Source of the DNA: Anaerolineae bacterium
GTDB lineage: Bacteria > Chloroflexota > Anaerolineae > UBA1429
NCBI GenBank assembly: GCA_050949345.1
Contig: JBMNFN010000001.1
Location: 1,083,000-1,146,999 of the forward strand
Direction: 5' to 3'
DNA length: 64,000 nt
Below the pieces are notes generated by a model. That model was not told the origin of the DNA. It saw only the letters and a program-made list of their open reading frames with translations, and did no database searches. Both the position numbers and the translations under genes were made by a program. Position 1 is the stretch's first letter, and each line of letters opens with the position of its first letter. Positions 56,410 through 64,000 of this stretch are shown piece by piece.

Positions 56410-57545
56410 AACCGACCATCCTGATCCTCGAGGTGCTGCCGGACATCAAGGGGGGCCAGCAGATGCTGCTGGAGTTTATCCCCGCCCTCACGGAGTATGA
56501 TCTGCACGCTGTGGTACCCGAATCAGGAGCACTCTCGGAGGCGTTGCAGGCCCTGGGTGTTACCTGTCACCAGGTTCCCATGCAACAGTACGCACTGATG
56601 CACAAGGGCGCCCGGGATGTTTTCGCCTTTGCCAGTGAACTGGGCAGGCTCACGAGGCAGGTGGCCGCCATCGCCAGGGCCTGCCGGGCCCAGCTGCTGT
56701 GGGCCAACAGCTCCCGAGCCTTTGTCTGGGGCACCCTGGCAGCCATGCGTACGGGCATCCCCAGTGTTTGGTACGCACAGAATCTGCTGGTGGATCGCAA
56801 GAGCCTGTGGCTGACGCGAGTGCTGGCGCACGCCCGCGCAGTGCGCACCATCGTGGGCGCATCAGAGCCCACTATCCTGCAATACGGCCAGATGAACAAG
56901 TCGCGCGTCATCCCCGTGGCTGTGGACACCGCCCTCTACCGACCCTCTCCCGAGAATCGCACCGCGATCCGGGCAGCCCTGGGCATTCCAGAGGACCGCC
57001 TGGTGGTTGCCAGTGTGGGAGATCTGATTCCTCTGAAGGGTCAATCGCTCCTGCTGGAAGCTGCCCGGGCTACGCCCGCTGTATGCTACTGGGTAATTGG
57101 AGACGCACGACCGGATCAGCCGGACAGTGTGGCCTATGCGAAGGACTTGACCGCGCGCGCCACGGATAACGTGCGCTTTTTCGGGCGGCGCACAGACGTG
57201 GCAGAGCTACTATCCGCGGCTGACGTGCTGGCGATTACTTCTACCTTGGAAACGGGGCCCCGGGTGCTGGCAGAGGCGCTCGCCTGTGGGCTGCCGGTGA
57301 TCTCGACACGGGTGGGCATCGCTCCAAAAGTCATTGTGCCCAATGAAAACGGCTATCTGGTTGAGTCGGATCCCGGCGAGATCGCCGCCACACTGACACG
57401 ATGGGCGGCGGATGCGAGCGCCAGGCGGCGCATGGCCCAGGCGGCGCGAGAGACCGCGGTGCGCGAGCTCGACACCCACACTTTTCGCCAGCGGATCCTC
57501 TCCGTCGTCCAGCAGAACGTCGGGCAGAGGCCCAAGCGACCATAG
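56406..57545 (+). CDS. glycosyltransferase family 4
   Basis: ATGA overlap with the upstream GT. C-terminal TSTLETGPRVLAEALACGLPVISTRVGIAP GT4 motif. Confidence 0.85.
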   Translation: MKPTILILEVLPDIKGGQQMLLEFIPALTEYDLHAVVPESGALSEALQALGVTCHQVPMQQYALMHKGARDVFAFASELGRLTRQVAAIARACRAQLLWANSSRAFVWGTLAAMRTGIPSVWYAQNLLVDRKSLWLTRVLAHARAVRTIVGASEPTILQYGQMNKSRVIPVAVDTALYRPSPENRTAIRAALGIPEDRLVVASVGDLIPLKGQSLLLEAARATPAVCYWVIGDARPDQPDSVAYAKDLTARATDNVRFFGRRTDVAELLSAADVLAITSTLETGPRVLAEALACGLPVISTRVGIAPKVIVPNENGYLVESDPGEIAATLTRWAADASARRRMAQAARETAVRELDTHTFRQRILSVVQQNVGQRPKRP

Positions 57546-57572
57546 CCACTATGAGCCAGTCGCAGGGGGAAC

Positions 57573-59210
57573 CTAATAACGCCAGCTGGAGGTGTCCGCT
57601 CCGGCAGGTGCGGTGTTCAGGATGTGGGCCACCATTTGGGGCACCAGGCGCTGGTTGAGCGTCAGCCGTGCGATCTCCAGCGGTGTACCCGGGTCGCCGC
57701 TCCAGCAGTGTCCAAAGCGAGCTCCGTAGCGGATCTCACCGGCATACCAGGGGTCCGTCGTGCTCTCCAAGAACTGTTCCAGTCGGTACACGGCGCCGTT
57801 GAGGTAAAAGTTGTCCATTTCGCCCATGTATACATGCAGCTTGCCCTCCAGTTGAGGGCCCAGGGTCTGCCAGTCGCGGGCCAGGATGTGCCGCAGGTCA
57901 TAATTCTCGCGCCAGTACGCCGCCACAGCAGGATCGATCTCTCCCGTACGCTTGTCCCAGATCCTTCTGGGGTAGCCGTCCGCACCGACGGGGCCAAATA
58001 CCGCCTCCCAGATATCGTACTGCTGTCCGGAACGGTTGTGAGATCCCAAAGCCAACTCGCGCTGATTCACCTGTTGAACCGTGCTCACCACATCGCCCAG
58101 CGTGGTCCGCATGGCGGGCCGGGGCGTGCGCTTCCATCCTTCGCCCGAAAAGTAGGCGTTGGCATGCTCATAGATGTTGACGCTGGTGTAGCCTGAAAAA
58201 TCCACCGGATCGGGACAGTTCGCCCAACACCCGTTGAACAGCTGTGGGTAAAAGATCTGTGATGCCAGTGCCTCCCACCCTCCGGTGGAGCCGCCGTAAA
58301 GGGTGCGTGCCCAGGGCTCGCCAATGGCGCGGCAGACACGTTCGATCTCGGGCAGCAGCTCATAATTGATGGCGTCGCCATAGGGCCCCAGATTTGCCGA
58401 GTTGACAGCGTACGAGTCGTCATAGTAGGGATTGGCGTGCTGGATGGTGGCGATCAACACCCTGGGCAAGTCAGGGCCCGTCCAATCGCGATAAAAGCCA
58501 TAGCTGTACTCGGCCTGAGTGAGAGCATACCCCTCCAATTGCTCTTTTTCGGCGTCCACCGGGGTCTCGCGCCAGGTTACGCCCACCCGCCACTGCCGGC
58601 TGTGATGCCCATGGTTGATCAGAAGGGGGTAGCGTGCCTCGGGGTGCTCGTCAAAACCCTCTGGGAGGAGCACGATGGCCTCCAGATGCATGGGGCGCCC
58701 CCAGAAACCCGTGAGGAGCTCGCTCTGTATGCGGATGTGCCGCAGGTAGCGTGTATCCTCGCGAGGCGGAAAGGGAGCGATCTCCTGATCGAGGACCAGC
58801 GTTTGCGCTGTCCCGCCCTGCCCCAGATCCAGCTCCAGCGGCTGTGAGTACAGGTTGCCAGGCGCCAGATTCCACTGCTGGCCCTCGCCGCGATCCATGG
58901 GCAGCTGGACCACGTGGCCATCGGAGCGATGAAAGGTTTCGTAGCGATGGAGCAGGGCCTGAACCCAGTATCGCCCGCGAGGCAGTTGCGTGAGGGTCTC
59001 CAGAGGATAGCCCACAGCAGAGGCATCGATAGCCCAGGGCTCATCGGGCTGCCAGTCCAGCACATCCACGCCAAAGACCAGTTGGGTGTCCGGACCGTCG
59101 TTGATTTGAAAGCGGGGCTCTTCTGACGGATCGTTAGAGATCAGCAGTAACAGCCGGCCGCAGAGAGGTTGGGAGCAAATCTCGGAGGGAAACACTACTC
59201 GGACGCTCAC
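57573..59210 (-). CDS. large alpha/beta-hydrolase-like protein with GGSTGG nucleophile elbow, function unknown
   Basis: Coding-like ORF of about 545 aa. YGGSTGGWEAL fits G-x-S-x-G. GTG at 59210 has GAGGAGG upstream; the ORF-track TTG at 59252 has no SD. No signal peptide seen. Confidence 0.5.
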   Translation of the reverse strand: MSVRVVFPSEICSQPLCGRLLLLISNDPSEEPRFQINDGPDTQLVFGVDVLDWQPDEPWAIDASAVGYPLETLTQLPRGRYWVQALLHRYETFHRSDGHVVQLPMDRGEGQQWNLAPGNLYSQPLELDLGQGGTAQTLVLDQEIAPFPPREDTRYLRHIRIQSELLTGFWGRPMHLEAIVLLPEGFDEHPEARYPLLINHGHHSRQWRVGVTWRETPVDAEKEQLEGYALTQAEYSYGFYRDWTGPDLPRVLIATIQHANPYYDDSYAVNSANLGPYGDAINYELLPEIERVCRAIGEPWARTLYGGSTGGWEALASQIFYPQLFNGCWANCPDPVDFSGYTSVNIYEHANAYFSGEGWKRTPRPAMRTTLGDVVSTVQQVNQRELALGSHNRSGQQYDIWEAVFGPVGADGYPRRIWDKRTGEIDPAVAAYWRENYDLRHILARDWQTLGPQLEGKLHVYMGEMDNFYLNGAVYRLEQFLESTTDPWYAGEIRYGARFGHCWSGDPGTPLEIARLTLNQRLVPQMVAHILNTAPAGADTSSWRY

Positions 59211-59263
59211 TCCCCAACCTCCTCGAGGGAACACGCCTCCGGGCGGCGACAAATTCTTGTCTG

Positions 59264-59301
59264 AACAACCAAACAGCGCAGACTCGGTGAGTGCTGCGCT
59301 G
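59264..59301 (-). terminator. intrinsic terminator after infA
   Basis: Minus strand CAGCGCAG-n12-CTGCGCTG followed by TTTGGTTGTT, 30 nt after the infA stop. Confidence 0.6.
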
Positions 59302-59331
59302 TAACCTTACCCGGTTATCTGATAAAAGAAC

Positions 59332-59559
59332 TCAGCTCTTGTATCGATATACGATCCGACCGCGCTGCAGATCGTAGGGTGACAACTCCACGCGGACCTT
59401 GTCGCCGAGCAAGATACGAATGTAGTACTTGCGCATTTTACCCGAGATATAGGCCAACACCTCGTGGCCACTCTCAAGCTCTACGCGAAACTGTGTGTTG
59501 GGCAGGGCCTCCACGATGGTACCCTCCACAACGACCTTTTCCTGGCTAGCCTTTGCCAT
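59332..59559 (-). CDS. infA: translation initiation factor IF-1
   Basis: 75 aa. The S1/OB-fold sequence [60 protein letters not shown] is near-universal IF-1. Confidence 0.97.
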   Translation of the reverse strand: MAKASQEKVVVEGTIVEALPNTQFRVELESGHEVLAYISGKMRKYYIRILLGDKVRVELSPYDLQRGRIVYRYKS

Positions 59560-59639
59560 ACGCTCGCTCTATCTCCCTGCCGGGCATAACGCCGCAGCCC
59601 TTGGTAACTGCGGCACCAAACCCTCTTCTATCATCAAGA

Positions 59640-59668
59640 ATTATAACATGCGGTACAATCCACGTCAA
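59640..59668 (-). promoter_or_regulatory. sigma70-like promoter of infA
   Basis: Minus strand: -35 TTGACG (59668..59663), 17-nt spacer, -10 TATAAT (59645..59640). Leader is about 75 nt. Confidence 0.5.
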
Positions 59669-59771
59669 GGAATGCTTGCACGGTACAACTGATCGCTCGC
59701 TGGCCGCAGGCTTGACGCCGGCATCACAACGAGAGCATACTCGCTTTGATGAATCCCTGAAGGAGTGCACA

Positions 59772-60200
59772 ATGCTCAAGTATGGACTCACCCACCCCGA
59801 GATCTTGACCGCACTGGCAACCGCAGGCCACGGCTCTCAGGTGCTCATCGCCGACGGAAACTATCCCTTTGTGACCGGAGCCAACCCTGCAGCCGCGCGC
59901 GTGTACCTGAACCTCACCAGAGGGAGTGCACCAGTGGACGAGGTGCTGGCCATCATTGCGGATGCGATCGTCATTGAGGCCGCCCATGTGATGGTTCCGG
60001 ATACTGGCCCCGAGCCCCCCATCTTTGCGGCTTTTCGTCCCTCACTGCCGGAAGGCATGGAACTGCAGCCACTGAGCCGGTTCGCCTTTTATGACGCCGC
60101 GCGCGATCCCAACGTCGCCTTGGTGATCGCCACGGGGGAACAACGCATCTATGCCAATATCCTGCTGACCATCGGGGTGGTGCCGCCTGACCAGGCCTAG
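59772..60200 (+). CDS. RbsD/FucU-family sugar mutarotase
   Basis: HPEIL.ALA.AGHG..VLIADGNYP and C-terminal RF.FYD.A......VIATGE.R.YANILLT.GVV blocks parallel E. coli FucU. ATG at 59772 with GGAG upstream. Confidence 0.85.
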   Translation: MLKYGLTHPEILTALATAGHGSQVLIADGNYPFVTGANPAAARVYLNLTRGSAPVDEVLAIIADAIVIEAAHVMVPDTGPEPPIFAAFRPSLPEGMELQPLSRFAFYDAARDPNVALVIATGEQRIYANILLTIGVVPPDQA

Positions 60201-60211
60201 CCATGTGGAAA

Positions 60212-60251
60212 GGGGGGCGGAGCGGCGACAAATGTCGGCGCTCCGCCCCCC
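60212..60251. terminator. long GC hairpin between convergent genes (bidirectional terminator)
   Basis: GGGGGGCGGAGCGGCGACA-aa-TGTCGGCGCTCCGCCCCCC, 19-bp arms with one mismatch. Preceded by gaaa and followed by ttg. Confidence 0.6.
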
Positions 60252-60281
60252 TTGACGGCCAACGCCCTAGCAGAGCCCGTT

Positions 60282-60749
60282 TCAGTCCCCGAGATCCTCA
60301 CCGGTATTCGGCGCCGGAAAGACGATCTCGCGGACGCTCCCATGGATGTCCACAACGATCCGAAAGCCGTACATGCGCAGCATGGGCGCCCACTGGGTGG
60401 GATCACTGCGCCGCAGGCTGTGCCCCACGTTGTCGATGGAAGCCTCGATCGCCGCCTTGGCGAGCACGTCATCGGTGCCCATCATCCCCAGCACCCCCGA
60501 GACCACCTCATCACGCATGGTGCTGAGCGTCTCCTGCAGCGCTACGAGAACTGCTTCGTCTACCTCGCTGGCCTCTACGTGTCGATAAAAGTCACCATCA
60601 CGGATGGCATAGTGCGCCACACCGCCAATGGCGACAACCCGCGCTTCCTCGCCCTCTTCGTTCACCACCAAGCCAGGAAACAGTGCCTGGTCATGCGCCA
60701 ACAGGCCCGCCTGCGCGTCCGAGTTCGGCCCCTGGTTGTCACCGACCAT
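60282..60749 (-). CDS. acidic hypothetical protein (155 aa), no family recognised
   Basis: AAGGAGGTG SD 6 nt before the ATG at 60749. The composition looks coding to my eye. I cannot place the sequence (GVAHYAIRDGDFYRHVEASEVDE...MYGFRIVVDIHG) in any family. Confidence 0.5.
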   Translation of the reverse strand: MVGDNQGPNSDAQAGLLAHDQALFPGLVVNEEGEEARVVAIGGVAHYAIRDGDFYRHVEASEVDEAVLVALQETLSTMRDEVVSGVLGMMGTDDVLAKAAIEASIDNVGHSLRRSDPTQWAPMLRMYGFRIVVDIHGSVREIVFPAPNTGEDLGD

Positions 60750-60862
60750 TGCGCCACCTCCTTCATGCGACACCAGTTTACGGCTGGCGGCTCAGCTGTC
60801 AATGGGTGTGTATTCGACCGTGCCCGGTAAGCCAGTCTATAATCATGGTGGAGGTATGGTGG

Positions 60863-62044
60863 ATGGCTCGTAGAGAACGTACCGGCTTGCACCAATCGGT
60901 CACTCTGGCAGACCGGACCTATCACTTGGCTCTACGCTCTGGGCTGGAGATTGTTACGGACACCGCTCCCGCTGCGGCACTGGTCGCGGAGAATACGGTG
61001 CTCAGGGATGGGGAGAGGGTGCTGGTTGCCCCCTGCGGCGATGGGCTGCTGGGCATGTGGGCAACCGACCGTGCGGGCAGTGCAGGCGTGTCGTGTTTCG
61101 ACACCAATGCCCTGGCGGTGGAAACCACACAGAGGAACCTGCAGGCAGCGGGGCTGGCGGACGTACCCGTCCGTACCGCAGTACCCGAGGTCGAAGCGGT
61201 ACCGTACGACACCTTTGTGATGCCCCTGCCCAAAGGGCGCGACCTGGCCCGCCTGTGGCTGCTCAATGGGGCGCTTGCCACCCGGATGGGCGGCCAGATC
61301 GTGATCGCAGGAGCCAACCGTGCGGGCATTCAAAGTGTGGCCAGGGACGCTGAGGCGCTGCTGGGCCCAGGGCGCTTGCTGGGATATCGCAAGGGCAACC
61401 GGGCGCTATCCTTTCAGCGGCAGGAACTCGCCGTGGAGGAGCTTGATGCCTTTAGGGCGCCGGGCCTCCGCAACGGCACCTTTGCCCGCTACACCTTTTG
61501 CCACGGCGGACATGCCCTGACGGTTTGCACCCGACCCGGGGTGTTCTCTCGGGATGCACTGGACGAGGGCACGCAGATGCTGCTGCAGGAACTCGACGTC
61601 CACCCGGATGACAGGGTGCTGGACGTGGGCTGTGGTGCAGGGGTGATCGGCCTGGTGGCAGCACTGTACGCCGATCCGGCATCGGTGACGCTGAGCGATA
61701 TCGACTCGCTGGCGACCGAGTGCGCCAGAGAGACCCTGCGTCAGAATGGGATCAACGGTCCCTCGGTGCTGCTCGGGGACGGCCTCAGCGCGGTAGAGGG
61801 GCAACGGTTTACCTTGATCGTCACCAACCCGCCCTTTCACCAGGGCCACACAGTAAATACAGGGATGACCGAAGGGTGGATCCGCCAGGCATATCGCGCT
61901 CTGCTGCCGGGTGGACGGCTGGTGCTGGTGGCCAACCGCTTTCTGCCCTATGCTAGCTGGTTGCAGACCGGTTTTGACCGCGTGAGCATCCTGGCCGAGG
62001 ACAGCCGCTTTCAGGTGTTTTCAGCACAGCGCACGCAAAGATAG
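60863..62044 (+). CDS. two-domain class I SAM-dependent rRNA (guanine-N2) methyltransferase, RsmC/RlmG-like
   Basis: C-terminal domain has VLDVGCGAGVIG (motif I) and LIVTNPPFHQG (NPPF/Y motif IV). The N-terminal domain is a degenerate copy (VLVAPCGDG). GGAGG SD before the ATG at 60863. Confidence 0.8.
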   Translation: MARRERTGLHQSVTLADRTYHLALRSGLEIVTDTAPAAALVAENTVLRDGERVLVAPCGDGLLGMWATDRAGSAGVSCFDTNALAVETTQRNLQAAGLADVPVRTAVPEVEAVPYDTFVMPLPKGRDLARLWLLNGALATRMGGQIVIAGANRAGIQSVARDAEALLGPGRLLGYRKGNRALSFQRQELAVEELDAFRAPGLRNGTFARYTFCHGGHALTVCTRPGVFSRDALDEGTQMLLQELDVHPDDRVLDVGCGAGVIGLVAALYADPASVTLSDIDSLATECARETLRQNGINGPSVLLGDGLSAVEGQRFTLIVTNPPFHQGHTVNTGMTEGWIRQAYRALLPGGRLVLVANRFLPYASWLQTGFDRVSILAEDSRFQVFSAQRTQR

Positions 62045-62176
62045 CGCCATCGTGTCGCGGCCTGCACACAACCGCCTCGCACTCGGTAGCCTGAGGGCGA
62101 GGGGGTTTTGCGGCCACCGCCCTGCCCGCTATAATCACCTCTCGGGCAGTGATGCGGGCAACGGACAGGGGGCAAT

Positions 62177-63091
62177 GTGCTGGGGTTTGGCCGTAACAAA
62201 CTGGATAACGGGGTCGCGCGGACGAGGCAGTCGGTTTTCAGCCGAATTGCAAATCTGTTTCACGCCAGCGAGATCACCGAGGACACCTGGGAAGAGCTCG
62301 AGATGCTGCTGATCCAGGCCGACGTTGGCATCGAGATCACCGAAAGCATCATCGCTCAAGTGCGTGAAAAGGTCGCGCAGACGGGCAGCAAGCACCCTGA
62401 GCAGGTACGAGATCTGCTCAAAGAAACGCTGGTCGAGCTGCTCGAGGAGAATCAGCGTGCCTATCTGGAAGGCGAACGCCTGCTCAACGTGGTGCTGGTG
62501 GTAGGCGTAAATGGCTCGGGAAAAACAACCAGCATCGCCAAGCTGGCTCGGTACCATCAGCAGCGTGGCGACCGCGTGCTGCTCGCCGCGGCCGATACCT
62601 TTCGTGCAGCCGCCATCGACCAGCTGCGCATTTGGGCAGAGCGAGTGGGGGTCGACCTGATCGCTCACCAGCCGGGTGCGGATCCTGGCGCCGTGGTGTT
62701 TGACGCCATTCGCGCCGCCCAGTCGCGGGGAGCCAATGTGCTGCTCATCGACACGGCTGGCAGACTGCACACCCGTCATAACCTCATGCAGGAGCTTGCC
62801 AAGATCAGCAGCATCGCGCGCAAGCAGGTTCACCGGGCACCTCACGAAACGCTGCTGGTGCTCGACGCCACCACCGGGCAAAACGCGCTCACCCAGGCCA
62901 AGGCCTTTGGCGAGACCGCCGGTGTAACGGGCGTGGTGCTGGCCAAGTTGGACAGCTCAGCCAAGGGAGGCATGGTGTTCGCCATCGGCCGCGAGCTGGG
63001 CTTGCCTGTGATGTTTGTGGCTACCGGAGAGCAGCCGGACGACTGGGCGCCCTTTGACCCTGCGGCCTTTGTAGACGCGCTTTTTGCGTAA
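62177..63091 (+). CDS. ftsY: signal recognition particle receptor FtsY (short form, no acidic A domain)
   Basis: NG domain motifs [30 protein letters not shown]-type [10 protein letters not shown] and GEQPDDW. GTG start. Confidence 0.95.
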   Translation: MLGFGRNKLDNGVARTRQSVFSRIANLFHASEITEDTWEELEMLLIQADVGIEITESIIAQVREKVAQTGSKHPEQVRDLLKETLVELLEENQRAYLEGERLLNVVLVVGVNGSGKTTSIAKLARYHQQRGDRVLLAAADTFRAAAIDQLRIWAERVGVDLIAHQPGADPGAVVFDAIRAAQSRGANVLLIDTAGRLHTRHNLMQELAKISSIARKQVHRAPHETLLVLDATTGQNALTQAKAFGETAGVTGVVLAKLDSSAKGGMVFAIGRELGLPVMFVATGEQPDDWAPFDPAAFVDALFA

Positions 63092-63127
63092 TCAACTCAC
63101 CCTGCGGGGTGGATAGAGAGGACGGAC

Positions 63128-64000
63128 ATGGAGGAAACCAACGCCAAGCTGGCGCAGATGCGCGCAGAGCTGACGACGCTACAGGAGCGTCTTTGACCTC
63201 TCTGACTTGGAGACACAAGCCACTGCCTTGAAGGAGCGCAGCAGCTCCCCTGAGTTTTGGGACGACAGCGAGCAGGCCCAGAGCGTGATGCAGGAGCTGG
63301 CAGAGATCGAGGCGACCCTGAACTCGTGGCGAGAGATCGACAGGCGCCTCCACGACATGGAAGAGCTCGCCGCCTTGACTGAGCTGGAGGACGATCCGGC
63401 CTACGCCCAGGAGTTGGCAGAGGAGGCAGTCGCGCTCGAGTCTCTCCTCGCCGCCCGCCGCTTTGAGGTGATGATGTCAGGCCGGCACGACCGGGCAAAT
63501 GCCATCGTCTCCATCTATGCCGGTGCAGGCGGAACCGAGTCGCAGGACTGGGCCGAGATGCTGCTGCGCATGTATCTGCGCTGGGCAGAGCGCAGATCCT
63601 TTGCCTCCGAAGTCATCGAGACAACCGAGGGCGACGAGGCGGGCATCAAGAGCGCCACCATCGAGATTCGCGGGCGGCTGGCCTTTGGGAATCTCCGCTC
63701 CGAGCGCGGAGTGCATCGTCTGGTGCGCATGTCGCCTTTCGACAATGCACACCGTCGCCACACCTCCTTTGCACTGGTCGAGGTGATCCCCGATATCACG
63801 GGCGAGGTCTCGGTGGAGCTCAACCCGGATGACCTGAAATTCGAGTTCTATCGTGCCTCGGGCCACGGCGGCCAAAACGTGCAAAAGAACTCGACCGCCG
63901 TGCGTATCACCCACCTCCCCACTGGCGTGGTAGTCAGCTGCCAGAACGAACGATCGCAGGCACAGAATCGCGAGCGCGCGCTGGCCGTGCTGAAGTCACG
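63128..64000 (+). CDS. prfB: peptide chain release factor 2, partial at window end, requires programmed +1 frameshift: join(63128..63193,63195..>64000)
   Basis: Frame 0 is [22 protein letters not shown] then an in-frame TGA. The +1 frame continues [24 protein letters not shown]...[22 protein letters not shown]...SPF...[10 protein letters not shown] (SPF and GGQ motifs). Not in the ORF track. Confidence 0.9.
63183..63197 (+). promoter_or_regulatory. prfB autoregulatory +1 frameshift site
   Basis: AGGAG (internal SD-like) - cgt - CTT TGA C. This matches the canonical CUU UGA C slippery/stop context, with the SD-like element 3 nt upstream. Confidence 0.85.

Overview
High-GC bacterial chromosomal window with monoderm-type features (sortase plus cell-wall sorting signal, ECF transporters, short FtsY). 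It could be Chloroflexota- or Actinomycetota-like, but the lineage cannot be assigned from sequence alone. I call about 50 protein genes and one tRNA-Leu(UAA). I saw no rRNA, CRISPR array, transposase, integrase or recognisable defence genes. Left to right the content is: pyrC-like gene; about 1 kb of unassigned DNA; a giant sortase-anchored repeat adhesin (2170-11593, split by a 64-nt duplication) with a class B sortase; a metallophosphoesterase/FGGY-kinase/exonuclease III operon; housekeeping genes (HD hydrolase, Rrf2 regulator, TtcA-like, DUF1537 kinase + PdxA-family dehydrogenase, rpoD); a tightly coupled ECF-transporter/coaX/coaBC/P1-peptidase operon behind a terminator-containing leader; sugar-acid, inositol and amino-sugar catabolic genes; a patchy exopolysaccharide locus interrupted by iolD/iolE-like genes, a YgeY-type M20 hydrolase and a glycyl-radical enzyme with no activase in the window; then infA, a FucU-like gene, an RsmC-like methyltransferase, ftsY and a prfB that needs the classical +1 frameshift. 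The ORF track misses both prfB and the tRNA. My best candidates for something undescribed are (i) the riboswitch-like attenuator leader in front of the ECF/CoA-salvage operon, together with the P1 (DmpA-like) peptidase coupled to coaBC, and (ii) the orphan glycyl-radical enzyme. No obvious novel multi-gene system such as a defence island stands out. All family calls rest on motifs I recognise by eye, with no database search or folding run. Start codons are my best guesses from SD spacing, because the ORF track also opens ORFs at GTG/TTG.
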